Below, piece after piece: positions 37,183 to 46,723 of a DNA stretch of 56,373 nucleotides. A program made the position numbers and the translations under genes. The notes under the pieces were generated by a model. The model made no database searches and was not told the DNA's origin. It was given only the letters and a program-made list of their open reading frames with translations. This stretch comes from Pseudohongiellaceae bacterium (lineage in GTDB: Bacteria; Planctomycetota; B15-G4). The stretch covers positions 1 to 56,373 of the forward strand of contig JBLIMM010000001.1 in NCBI GenBank assembly GCA_047638635.1. The letters run 5' to 3'. Numbering within the stretch: position 1 is the first letter of the stretch; each line of letters starts with the position of its first letter.

Positions 37183-38850
37183 ATGCCTTCTCCCGCCGAC
37201 ACGCCACAGCAATCTGGACCCGATGTTCGGGAGGCGGTACAGCTCTTCATTGAGGCTGTGCGGCGGCACCTGCCGCGGGTTGTCTTTACCACCATGGTCT
37301 TCCTGCTCTTGGGCGTGTTCCTGAGCATGTTGTGGCCTGCAAAGTACGAGTCTGAGACCCAGTTCTTGCTGCGCGAAGTGCGCATTGTTTTTGACACCGA
37401 TGTCCTCGATGACCTTGGGGAAATCCCCCTGCCTCGAAAGATGCTCTCACTCAGCAAAGAGCTGAAATCGATGAACCGCGTCTCCGCGGTGCTGCAGGAG
37501 TTGCAGTGGACAGAATGGATGGAGACAGCGGGCAACCCGTCTCGTCGTAAGAGCTTTTATCGCAAGGTCGCAAAGAACCTAGACGTCGCTCTCGAAGCTG
37601 ACGTGACCGGCGGTATCAACGCGACCTTGGCTTTTCAGTGGACCACTCGAAAGAAGGCCACTGACTTTGTCAATCGTCTGCGTGGCTCGTGGATCAAGCG
37701 AGTGCTCGACGGTCATCGACAGAGCCTCGAGAATCGCAAGGAAGCCGCGGAGCGTGTGGTCCTCGATCGGCAAGAGGAATACAACGCCGCTCTGGAAGCC
37801 CTGCGAACATACGAAGAAGAGAACAAGGTCCACAGCCTGTCCACGAGTGAGATCAATCACGAGATCAAGGCTGGCTTCTCACTAGATCTAGCCGCTGCAA
37901 AGGCAGCTCTGGCAGCGACGCTCACCAGCGTCTCTACCTTGGAGCAAGCACTGGCAGTGATCGAGCCTGAGATCGAGGTACCGTCGTTGCCCTCTGACCC
38001 AGCGCAGCTGCTGGCCTACCAGAAGTGGCTGAAAGCTGAGACTGCCTTCGAGGACATCGCTGGCAAGTACACACCAGCTCACCGCAAGTACGAAGATGCT
38101 GACCAGCAGCGCAAGTTGATAGAAGCCAAACTCGACGAAGTCGGTGGCAAACCTGAAAAGATGACTGAGACCACGGGCAACCAGATTTACTTACTGAAAG
38201 CCAGCGAACTCCAAACAGCGCAGCAGGAGCAGCTGGCGCAGAAGCTTCTTGTGGATTCCTACGAGAAGGAACTCGGCGCCATTGAAGGGCGGCTCGACCG
38301 CTTGCCTATCGTCACGGCTGACCTCTCACGGTTGCAAGCTGAAGTCACCATCGCCTCAGAGTTGCTCACCAGCTCGAAGCTGTCCGTGCAACCCTTGCGG
38401 GATAAAGTGCGAGCCTTGCGCAGCGTCAACACAGCGGTCAATCAGCCTTCGGACAGCTCAGGCAACAATGCCTTTGAAATCATCGACTACGGCATTGAGC
38501 CTGAGTTTGCGGTGATGCCTATCGGTTCGATCATCATGGCAATCTCACTGATGCTCGGTGTGGGCCTGGGGCTTTCCGGGCCTGTGTTGGCGGAGCTCAC
38601 TCGCAGCTCCTTTGGATCTGCCAAAGAGGTGTCGCGAAACCTGGGCCTCCCCGTGCTGGGTGCTGTTGACATGATCTTGACCGCCCGTGACGAACGAGCC
38701 CGGGCCGTCCAGTCAGCGCTGACGTTGACCACGATGGTGTTGGTTTTGGCCGCACTCTCCACGGCGCTCTTTATCTACAGCGAGTACTCGAACGTTTTGC
38801 CTGCTTCGGTTCTGCGCAGTTTGCGGGACGTGCAGTTGGCCCTGACGTAG
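37183..38850 (+). CDS. polysaccharide chain-length determinant (Wzz/GumC-like PCP, no kinase domain)
   Basis: N-terminal TM plus Wzz-like LLLGVFLSMLWPAKYESETQFLL, a long coiled-coil periplasmic region and C-terminal TMs. No Walker A motif was found. Confidence 0.8.
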   Translation: MPSPADTPQQSGPDVREAVQLFIEAVRRHLPRVVFTTMVFLLLGVFLSMLWPAKYESETQFLLREVRIVFDTDVLDDLGEIPLPRKMLSLSKELKSMNRVSAVLQELQWTEWMETAGNPSRRKSFYRKVAKNLDVALEADVTGGINATLAFQWTTRKKATDFVNRLRGSWIKRVLDGHRQSLENRKEAAERVVLDRQEEYNAALEALRTYEEENKVHSLSTSEINHEIKAGFSLDLAAAKAALAATLTSVSTLEQALAVIEPEIEVPSLPSDPAQLLAYQKWLKAETAFEDIAGKYTPAHRKYEDADQQRKLIEAKLDEVGGKPEKMTETTGNQIYLLKASELQTAQQEQLAQKLLVDSYEKELGAIEGRLDRLPIVTADLSRLQAEVTIASELLTSSKLSVQPLRDKVRALRSVNTAVNQPSDSSGNNAFEIIDYGIEPEFAVMPIGSIIMAISLMLGVGLGLSGPVLAELTRSSFGSAKEVSRNLGLPVLGAVDMILTARDERARAVQSALTLTTMVLVLAALSTALFIYSEYSNVLPASVLRSLRDVQLALT

Positions 38851-38860
38851 AGCTATCGAC

Positions 38861-40051
38861 GTGGAAGTTCTGTTCGTCGCCCACCGCGCGCCGTATCCCC
38901 CCGACAAGGGCGACCGCCTCCGGGCGTGGCGGCACCTCACCCGCCTGGCGCGCCTAGGGCCTGTGGACATCGTCGCCGAAGCCGATAGCGAAGAGGCAGC
39001 AGAGATTGCTCGCAAGGGTCTCGCCGAACTTTGCCGTGAGGTTCATGTGTTCCCTCGTCGCATGGTGCCCACCTTGTTTCGGGTGGGGGTCGCAGCGCTG
39101 ACCGGCGGTAGCCTGACTGTCGCTTGGCATGGGGACGCCCGGGTCAAGCGCTGTTTGGCGCAGCTCGAGGCGCGCCATGAATACGGTGTGTGCTGGGCCT
39201 TCTCGTCTGGCACCGGGCCTTGGCTCATGAGCCGCAAGGCGCGCCCGCGCATCATGGATATGTGCGACGTAGATGCCCTGAAGTGGGAGGCCCTGGCTCG
39301 GGATGGCCGCGGCCCCATGAGCTGGGTGCACAAGCTCGAGGCCAGACGACTGTTACCACTCGAGGTGGGCTTGGCTGAGGCTGCTGAGCTGACCTTGGTG
39401 AGCACTCAACAAGAAGCAGACGATTTGATCAGCCGAGGCAACCCGAAGAAACTCGCGGTCCTCACCAACGGCACTCCTTGGGAAGACTTGGCGGGCTTGC
39501 CGTTGCCGAGCACCGTGGGCCCCGTCGTGGGCTTCTTGGGTCAGATGGACTACCCGCCCAACGTGAATGCCGTGACGCACTTGGCTCAGGACGTCTTGCC
39601 TCGCTTGCGCCAAACTGTCCCCGGGGCCCGTTTGCGCATCATGGGCCGGGCACCCACGGCGGCAGTCTTGGCCCTGGCGAAGGCCGGCGAAGTGGATGTT
39701 ACCGGTCAGGTGGATTCTATTGCTGGTGCCTTGGCTGAAGTGGCAGTCTTCTGTGCGCCTCTCGATCAAGGCCGGGGCATCCCCAATAAGATCCTCGAAG
39801 CCATGGCAGCGGGTCGGGCCACGGTCGTGTCGAGTTGGTCTTCCAAAGCTCTGGCTGGTGTTCCCGGCAGCGACTACGTCGTTGCGGACGGCGCCGAGGA
39901 TCGCGCTCGAGTGATCAGCGAGTTGCTCCTCGATCATCGTCGTCTCGATGACCTTGCGTCAGCTGGGCAGGCCTACGTGCGCGTCGCCCACGACTGGGAA
40001 CAAGTGCTCGACAAGCTGCAACGCCTCCTGCTGGAGACGGTCCGTGCGTGA
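38861..40051 (+). CDS. GT4 glycosyltransferase resembling the PEP-CTERM/EpsH1-associated sugar transferase family (TIGR03087-like)
   Basis: N-terminus VLFVAHRAPYPPDKGDRLRAWRHLTRLA resembles the PYPPxKGDKIR signature recalled for that family. The C-terminal GT-B half contains GIPNKILEAMA. Confidence 0.8.
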   Translation: MEVLFVAHRAPYPPDKGDRLRAWRHLTRLARLGPVDIVAEADSEEAAEIARKGLAELCREVHVFPRRMVPTLFRVGVAALTGGSLTVAWHGDARVKRCLAQLEARHEYGVCWAFSSGTGPWLMSRKARPRIMDMCDVDALKWEALARDGRGPMSWVHKLEARRLLPLEVGLAEAAELTLVSTQQEADDLISRGNPKKLAVLTNGTPWEDLAGLPLPSTVGPVVGFLGQMDYPPNVNAVTHLAQDVLPRLRQTVPGARLRIMGRAPTAAVLALAKAGEVDVTGQVDSIAGALAEVAVFCAPLDQGRGIPNKILEAMAAGRATVVSSWSSKALAGVPGSDYVVADGAEDRARVISELLLDHRRLDDLASAGQAYVRVAHDWEQVLDKLQRLLLETVRA

Positions 40052-41402
40052 CGTTGTCGTCTTCTCGCTCTTCATCTACGTCCTGCCCATGAGCTTCTTG
40101 CGCCCCTGGGTGGGGCTCTGCGCTTTCAGCTGGCTGGCCTACAACCGCACCCAAGATCTCACCTGGGGATTCGCGCGGGGGCTGCCGCTGTCCCAGCTCA
40201 TCGCAGTTGCCACGCTGCTGGGTTGGCTGACGATCGAGTTCAGGCCGCTCAAGCTACGGACTCCCATGGTCAAGGCCATGGTGCTGATGCTGTTGTGGAT
40301 CATCGTTTCGATCTTTGCCAATGGCATCAATTGGGATTTACAAGGCCGCCGCATTACAGACCTAGCCAAGGTGATTCTGGTTTGTCTTTTGAGCGGCGCC
40401 ATGTTGACCACCCGCGATCGCCTGCGCACGTTGATGGCCATCGTCGCCATCGGTTTGGGCTTCTACAGCGCTAAGAACGGCATCATGTATGCCCTGGGAA
40501 GCAAGTCGATCGCTGGGCCCGGAGGCATGCTGAAGGACAACAACGACTTCGCCCTGGCCATGGTGATGAATGTCCCCCTGCTGTTTTACATGGCCAACGA
40601 AGTGCGTCCTCTGAAGCACGGGCTGCTCATGAGCCGCTTCATGAAACTGGCCTTCTGCCTGTCGTTCCTGACGATCATGTCGACGGGATCACGTGGTGGT
40701 TTTCTTGCGTTGGGTGTGGTGCTCACCGTGATGGCCTTGAAGACAAAGTGGAAGGTCCCCGCGCTGGCCTCTATGGCTTTGGTCGGTCTGCTGGGTCTGG
40801 CGTTAGCGCCCGCAGAATACAAAGAACGCATTGTGACGATCTTCGCTGGATCTGACACCCAGGATGGTTCCGTCAAGGGGCGGCTCACCTCCTGGAAGGT
40901 GGCAGGCAGCATGATTCAGTCCAACCCGGTGATGGGCATCGGACTGAACAGAATGGTCCACGAGTACAACAACTACACCGATGGCCTAGTCAGCGACGAC
41001 GGCAGCACCCAGCACTTCGCTCGTGTGGCCCATAACTCTTATCTGCAGATTTGGGCCGAGTCAGGGACCCCTGCGTACCTGCTGTTCATGTTCATGTTGG
41101 TGGGGACGATTCTCTCCATGGAGATTGGGGGTCGACGCTTCCGGCGCAACGGCGATGAATGGCTCGTACCTTATTGCAACGCCATCGAGGTCTCGCTTAT
41201 CGCCTTTTTGATCGGGGCGACGTTCCTCAACCGTTCGCACTTCGATCTAATTTACCAGCTCGTGGTCATCGCCGGAGCCCTGCCCGTTCTTGCGCTGGTC
41301 GAACGAAAAGTTGATCCCAAACGAAATCGTAAAGGACCTCAAATTGCTCAGGACGTCTGGGTGCGAGACTCCAATCCCTTTGTGCGTGTGGGAAAGAAAT
41401 GA
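40044..41402 (+). CDS. O-antigen ligase / Wzy-like membrane protein (exosortase-system O-glycosylation ligase-like)
   Basis: About 11 TM segments. N-terminus VRDVVVFSLFIYVLPMSFLRPWVGLCAFSWLAYNRTQDLTWGFA and a Wzy_C-like block SRGGFLALGV...HNSYLQIWAESG. GTG 40044 overlaps the upstream stop by 8 nt. Confidence 0.8.
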   Translation: MRDVVVFSLFIYVLPMSFLRPWVGLCAFSWLAYNRTQDLTWGFARGLPLSQLIAVATLLGWLTIEFRPLKLRTPMVKAMVLMLLWIIVSIFANGINWDLQGRRITDLAKVILVCLLSGAMLTTRDRLRTLMAIVAIGLGFYSAKNGIMYALGSKSIAGPGGMLKDNNDFALAMVMNVPLLFYMANEVRPLKHGLLMSRFMKLAFCLSFLTIMSTGSRGGFLALGVVLTVMALKTKWKVPALASMALVGLLGLALAPAEYKERIVTIFAGSDTQDGSVKGRLTSWKVAGSMIQSNPVMGIGLNRMVHEYNNYTDGLVSDDGSTQHFARVAHNSYLQIWAESGTPAYLLFMFMLVGTILSMEIGGRRFRRNGDEWLVPYCNAIEVSLIAFLIGATFLNRSHFDLIYQLVVIAGALPVLALVERKVDPKRNRKGPQIAQDVWVRDSNPFVRVGKK

Positions 41403-42535
41403 GCTCGCAGGCTGTGGCGGTTGTCGTACCGAACTTGGCCGTGGGGGGCTTGCAGGCCATGGCAGTAGCCCTCGCTGCGGCCCTCGATCAGCAGCGCTTC
41501 CTGTGCAAGTTCTACACCTTCGATGGTGAGGGCCCCTTGGTGGAGTCTCTCGCTGCTGCGGGGTTAATTCATCGTTACTTGCCCCGGCCTGCCGGTGTGG
41601 CCGCTGAGTACGCCAAGCGATTGTCTGAAATGTTCGTTGCGGATGACATCGCCCTGGTCCACTGCCATAACATCACGGCGATGTTCCACGGGAGTCGCGC
41701 CGCATGGCGAGCTGGACGGCTGCCTGTGTTGTTCACCGAGCATGACCGAGAGATGCCCGCGCCCATGCGCCATCGCTTGTTGCACCGCTGGCTCGCTCGG
41801 CGGGTTCACGAGACTGCAACGGTCTCTGCAGGCCTCACTCGAGACCTGGTCAGGCTCGAAGGGTTCTCCCCCCGGCGAACGCACCCGCTGCTCAACGGCA
41901 TCCCTGACCCGGCTGAAGCACTCTCCCAAACAACAGACATCTGTGAACGTCGCGCTGCCGCCCGAGCCATGCTGGGTTGGGACGATCGTCCCGTGGTCTT
42001 AGCCGTTGGCACTCTGACGCCCGTGAAGAACCACACCGGCTTACTCGACGCATGGAACCAACTGTTGGCCGCCCGCAGCGATCCGGCCCGCCTAGTCGTC
42101 GCAGGTGAGGGCCCAGAGCGGGCGCGACTAGAGCAACAGCTTTCGGCGATGCCCAAGGATTCCGTGAAGCTCCTCGGAACTCGCAGCGACGTGCCCACAT
42201 TGCTCGCCGCTTGCGACCTGTTCGTGCTCCCCAGTCACCGCGAAGGCCTGCCCTTGTGCTTGGTCGAAGCCCACGCCATGTCCCGGGCCGCAGTAGCCTT
42301 CGACACAGGGGGCAACAATGAAGTCATCGTTGACGGTGAGACCGGGCTATTGGTCCCCCTGGGAGACCTCTCTGGGCTGGCCACGACTCTGGGGCGGCTG
42401 CTTGACGATGGGGCTCGGCGTGAGGCCATGGGCCAGCGAGGTCGTCACCGTTTCTTGGAACACTTCACCCATGAGCGCATGGTGGTCGACTACATAGAGG
42501 TCTATGAACGACTGCTCGCTACGAGGTGGAACTGA
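41399..42535 (+). CDS. GT4 family glycosyltransferase
   Basis: GT-B C-terminal motif LPSHREGLPLCLVEAHAMSRAAVAFDTGGNNEVIVDGETGLLVP. ATGA overlap. Confidence 0.88.
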   Translation: MSSQAVAVVVPNLAVGGLQAMAVALAAALDQQRFLCKFYTFDGEGPLVESLAAAGLIHRYLPRPAGVAAEYAKRLSEMFVADDIALVHCHNITAMFHGSRAAWRAGRLPVLFTEHDREMPAPMRHRLLHRWLARRVHETATVSAGLTRDLVRLEGFSPRRTHPLLNGIPDPAEALSQTTDICERRAAARAMLGWDDRPVVLAVGTLTPVKNHTGLLDAWNQLLAARSDPARLVVAGEGPERARLEQQLSAMPKDSVKLLGTRSDVPTLLAACDLFVLPSHREGLPLCLVEAHAMSRAAVAFDTGGNNEVIVDGETGLLVPLGDLSGLATTLGRLLDDGARREAMGQRGRHRFLEHFTHERMVVDYIEVYERLLATRWN

Positions 42536-44415
42536 TGTGCGGTATCGCGGGATTCTCTTCGACCCCAGACCGCCGTCCCCCTGACGTCGAGTTGATCGAG
42601 AACATGCTCTCGACCCTGATCCATCGGGGCCCTGACGGACAGAACGTTTTCTTGGACGGGGCCACCGGCCTTGGCCACCGCCGCTTGGCCATCATTGACG
42701 TAGAAGGGGGCGACAACCCGCTCTTCGACAATGAGGAACAAGTCGCGCTGGTCTTCAACGGTGAGATTTACAACCACCTCGAACTCCGCGCTGATTTGGA
42801 GGCCATTGGAGCTCGTCCCCGCACAGGCAGCGATGGCGAAGTGATCGTTCATGGCTACCTGGCCTGGGGGCTCATGGGTGTGCTGCGGCGTCTCCGTGGC
42901 ATGTTCGCCATTGCCTTACTGGATCGGCGAACCAACGACTTACACCTGGCGCGAGATCCCCTGGGCATCAAACCCCTGTTCTTGGCGGAGAACTCTCGGG
43001 GCGTGGCTTTCGCGTCCGAGATCAAAGCGCTGTTCCCGGCCTTGCCCCACAAACCCGCTTACAGCCAACGAGGCATGTTTCAGTCGGCCTGCTTGGGCTA
43101 TCCGTTGGCCCCGACGACCATGTTCGAGGGGGTTGAATCGCTCATGCCTGGGGAGTGTGCCAGCTGGTCTGACGGCAAGCTGAGCAAACGGAAGTTCCAC
43201 GAGTTGGTTTTCGAGCCGGGTGCTGAGCCTGCTGACAGCGAGGCTCTCTGGGAGCGCCTCCGCGAATCGGTGGATCGCCACCTGATGAGCGAGGTGCCCT
43301 TGGGCGCATTTCTCTCCGGTGGGATTGACTCATCGGCGGTGGTCACAGCCATGTCCGAGGTGGTCTCCGGGAAGGTCGATGCGATCACCGTGGGAGTGAC
43401 CGACGAAGGCCTCGACGAGCGCCCTTGGGCGCGCGAGGTGGCCGAGGGCCTCAACGTCTCACTGCATGAAGAAGACGCGCGCTCAGACATGGTGTCCTTG
43501 CTACCCCAGCTAGCCTGGCACCTCGAATCACCCTTTGCTGATACTTCGGCAGCCCCGACTTGGTTGGTCTGCCAAGCCGCCCGACGACACGTGAAAGTTG
43601 CACTGTCAGGGGACGGTGGTGACGAGAACTTCGCGGGCTATCGGCGCACGCGCTACGACGTTCTCGAGGAACAGCTGCGCCAGCGTATTCCCGCGCCCAT
43701 TCGCAAGCACCTGCTGGGGCCACTCGGCAGAATCTGGCCCCGGGCAAGCTGGTTGCCCAAGCCCTTGCGCGCCGGAACATTGCTCAGCAATCTCGGCGGT
43801 GATTGGCTCGACGGCTACATCCACTCGCTCTGTCGAATTCCCGAGCGCCGGGTGGAGCAACTGCTTCACGCCGACCTACGTCACCAGTCTCCTTTGCGCA
43901 CAGATCTAGAAGCTGCCGCAGCTCGGACCAGCGGCCTCGACCCCTTGAGTCGGGTGCAGCTCATGGACTTTTCTACGTGGCTCTGCGACGACATCCTGGT
44001 GAAGGTCGACAGAACATCCATGGCCCATTCGCTCGAAGTGCGTGTCCCTCTGCTGGACACGGACTTCGTTGACTACGCCGCTCGTCTGCCCACCTCAGCC
44101 AAGCTGCAGGATGGCATGGGTAAACAGCTGCTTCGGAAGGCTCTGAGGGGCAGAGTGCCCGATGGGGTGCTCGACCGTCCCAAGCAGGGTTTTCACCTCC
44201 CTGTAGCGGGCTGGCTCGCGGGCCCATGCCGACCGTTGCTCGACGAGGTCATCGCCCAGAAGAACGGCCCGGCGTTTGACTGGCTCGACCATAAACAGCT
44301 GCGCAAGGCTGCCGATGAACATGGTCGCGGCAAGGCCGATCGCTCCACAGAGCTGTGGTATTTGCTGACCCTCGACGCTTTTCTACGACATGGGCCCGGT
44401 GGCAGCGAACGATGA
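42535..44415 (+). CDS. asparagine synthase family glutamine amidotransferase (EPS-locus AsnB-like)
   Basis: MCGIAGF Ntn-Cys start, and the PP-loop SGGIDSSAV in FLSGGIDSSAVV. 626 aa. TGATG overlap with the upstream stop. Confidence 0.92.
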   Translation: MCGIAGFSSTPDRRPPDVELIENMLSTLIHRGPDGQNVFLDGATGLGHRRLAIIDVEGGDNPLFDNEEQVALVFNGEIYNHLELRADLEAIGARPRTGSDGEVIVHGYLAWGLMGVLRRLRGMFAIALLDRRTNDLHLARDPLGIKPLFLAENSRGVAFASEIKALFPALPHKPAYSQRGMFQSACLGYPLAPTTMFEGVESLMPGECASWSDGKLSKRKFHELVFEPGAEPADSEALWERLRESVDRHLMSEVPLGAFLSGGIDSSAVVTAMSEVVSGKVDAITVGVTDEGLDERPWAREVAEGLNVSLHEEDARSDMVSLLPQLAWHLESPFADTSAAPTWLVCQAARRHVKVALSGDGGDENFAGYRRTRYDVLEEQLRQRIPAPIRKHLLGPLGRIWPRASWLPKPLRAGTLLSNLGGDWLDGYIHSLCRIPERRVEQLLHADLRHQSPLRTDLEAAAARTSGLDPLSRVQLMDFSTWLCDDILVKVDRTSMAHSLEVRVPLLDTDFVDYAARLPTSAKLQDGMGKQLLRKALRGRVPDGVLDRPKQGFHLPVAGWLAGPCRPLLDEVIAQKNGPAFDWLDHKQLRKAADEHGRGKADRSTELWYLLTLDAFLRHGPGGSER

Positions 44416-45596
44416 AGTTGTTGGTCTTCACCTCGCTGTTTCCTAACGCGGTGGAACCGCACCATGGTGTGTTTGTGGCGAACCGTCTAGCTCTCTGGCG
44501 AGAACGCCACGGGGGCCAGGCCGAAGTGGTGGCGCCCGTACCCCTGGCACCTCCCCTTGGGCCAAACCGTTGGACGCGTTATCGGGCTATCCCCGACAAA
44601 GAAGTTCACCGTGGGATCACGGTGCACCATCCACGATATCTGAGCCCTCCGGGCTTTGGAGATGGCTGGCGCGCGAGCCTCATGGCCGCCGGTGTGCGCA
44701 GCCGATTGCTCTCGGTCGCTGAGAGTTTTCAACCCGACGTGTTCGACGTTCACTACGCCTACCCGGATGGTGCAGCAGCTGCCATGTTACGGCCGCGGCT
44801 GAGCCAAGCTCTGGGGCGGCGCTTGCCCATGGTGATCACCTGCCGCGGCACGGACCTCAACTTGTTGCCGAACATTCCTGCTGTGCGTCGTCGCATCGTG
44901 ACTGCGCTGAACGAGGCCGACCACGTGATCTGTGTGGCCCAGGCCTTGGCAGACGTCGCGGTCGACCTTGGTGTGCCGCGAGAGCAAGTGAGCGCGCTAC
45001 GCAACGGCGTGGACACCAGGGCCTTCTCACCCGGCGACCGTGCCCTTGCACGGCAACACACCGGCTTGCCTGAGGCTGGCACGGTGTTGCTTTGCGTAGG
45101 GCATCTCATCGAGCGCAAGGGGCAGCACTTACTGCTGGCAGCCTACGCTCAAGTTCATCCCCACAGTGGCCCCACGTTGGTCTTTGTGGGTGGGGGTGAA
45201 GAGCGGGAAAACCTCGAGGCCCTCGCGGGAACCTTAGGCGTGGCCGATCGCGTGCGATTTGTGGGGGCAGTCCCGCCCACAGATCTGACCCAGTGGTATC
45301 GCGCCGCTGACGTGATGATCTTGGCTTCCCTGCGAGAAGGATGGCCCAACGTTGTTCTCGAAGCGTTGGCCTGCGGCACCCCCGTGCTCGCCACGAAGAT
45401 CTGGGGCACCCCAGAAATTCTCAATGGCTGCCCCGCCGGAAAGTTGGTCCCAGCAACGGTGCAAGGTCTTGCTAGCGGCCTCGAACAGATCAATGATCTC
45501 GACCCAAGCGCCGCTCGCCCCTGGGCTGAGCGACACACCTGGGATGCCACGGTCGATCGCATGGAATCACTTTTTGCTGAGGTCTCGTCCCCGTGA
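44412..45596 (+). CDS. GT4 family glycosyltransferase
   Basis: MKLLVFTSLFPNAVEPHHGVFV N-terminus, and the C-terminal ASLREGWPNVVLEALACGTPVLAT E-x7-E-like motif. ATGA overlap. Confidence 0.85.
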   Translation: MKLLVFTSLFPNAVEPHHGVFVANRLALWRERHGGQAEVVAPVPLAPPLGPNRWTRYRAIPDKEVHRGITVHHPRYLSPPGFGDGWRASLMAAGVRSRLLSVAESFQPDVFDVHYAYPDGAAAAMLRPRLSQALGRRLPMVITCRGTDLNLLPNIPAVRRRIVTALNEADHVICVAQALADVAVDLGVPREQVSALRNGVDTRAFSPGDRALARQHTGLPEAGTVLLCVGHLIERKGQHLLLAAYAQVHPHSGPTLVFVGGGEERENLEALAGTLGVADRVRFVGAVPPTDLTQWYRAADVMILASLREGWPNVVLEALACGTPVLATKIWGTPEILNGCPAGKLVPATVQGLASGLEQINDLDPSAARPWAERHTWDATVDRMESLFAEVSSP

Positions 45597-46723
45597 ACGT
45601 GCTCTACCATCACCGCACCAAGTCACGGGACGGACAAGCCGTGCACATTCGCGAACTCATCGCAGCCATGGGGCGGCGCGGCCTTGGGGTCGAAGAGTGG
45701 GCCCTCTCAAAGGGCGACTCTGGAGACATGGGCAGCGAAGGTGGCCTGCTAGGTCGCCTGGCTGCTCTCGCTCCCCGCGGGGCCTACGAGCTTGCTGAAC
45801 ACGCCTATGGTTGGATGGTCAACCGGCGCCTGGTCCAAGCTGGGAAAGACTTCACAGCAGACGTCCTCTACGAACGGCACGCACTCAACAACACGGCAGG
45901 AATCCGGGCAGCGCGAAAGCTAGGCATCCCGCTGCTGCTCGAGGTGAACTCGCCGCTGACCCACGAGCGCTCGGCTCACGAGACTTTGGTGTTTCAAGGA
46001 TGGTCCCAGCGGAGTGAGCGCCGAGTGCTCGCGGCGGCTGATCGACTGCTCGTAGTGACTCAGGTCTTGGCTGACATGCTGGTGGCCGACGGCGTCGACC
46101 CAGCCAAGATTGAAGTCATCCCCAATGGTGCTGACTTGTCCCAATATCCTGCCGATGCCCTGGACGACCACGAAGGCTTGGTGGTGGGCTTCAGTGGATT
46201 CTTCAGGCCCTGGCACGACATCGAATCGCTAGTCACCGCTCTGGCGGACGGCGTCCTTCCTGCCAACGCTCGGCTCTTGTTGGTAGGCGATGGGCCTTCC
46301 CGGGAGTCCATTGAGGGCTTGGCTGCCAAGCTTGGCGTGGGCGAGCGAGTCACCATCACCGGCGCCGTGGAACGCAGTCAGATTCCGGGCCTGGTGCGCT
46401 CCATGGATATTTGCGTCCAGCCCGCGGCCACCGCTTGGGCCTCACCGCTTAAGCTGTTCGAGTACATGGCGGCGGGACGAGCCATCGTGGCGCCTGACCA
46501 AGACAATCTCCGCGAAGTGCTCGAGCACCAACGGACGGGGCTACTCTTCGAGCCCGGAGCCATGGCTCAGGCCGTGGCCCGCCTGGCTCACGATGATGCT
46601 CTGCGTGAGGACATGGGGCATGGAGCCCGCGCTCACTTAGAACAACGTCCCTACACCTGGGATGGCAATGCCGCCCGGGTCGAAGCCATCGCAGCAGAGT
46701 GCATCCGAAAGGCAAGGTCATGA
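45593..46723 (+). CDS. GT4 family glycosyltransferase
   Basis: GT-B C-terminal half: PLKLFEYMAAGRAIVAPDQDNLREVLEHQRTGLLFEPG. GTGA overlap. Confidence 0.85.
   Translation: MNVLYHHRTKSRDGQAVHIRELIAAMGRRGLGVEEWALSKGDSGDMGSEGGLLGRLAALAPRGAYELAEHAYGWMVNRRLVQAGKDFTADVLYERHALNNTAGIRAARKLGIPLLLEVNSPLTHERSAHETLVFQGWSQRSERRVLAAADRLLVVTQVLADMLVADGVDPAKIEVIPNGADLSQYPADALDDHEGLVVGFSGFFRPWHDIESLVTALADGVLPANARLLLVGDGPSRESIEGLAAKLGVGERVTITGAVERSQIPGLVRSMDICVQPAATAWASPLKLFEYMAAGRAIVAPDQDNLREVLEHQRTGLLFEPGAMAQAVARLAHDDALREDMGHGARAHLEQRPYTWDGNAARVEAIAAECIRKARS

Noticed and set aside
39104-39115. GGCGGTAGCCTG, matching the 8-nt core of the ops/JUMPStart RfaH-recruitment element used in polysaccharide operons.
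   Set aside because: It lies inside the GT4 coding region, 2.8 kb into the operon rather than in the leader. RfaH/ops is a proteobacterial system. A GC-rich 8-mer is expected by chance in 56 kb of high-GC DNA.
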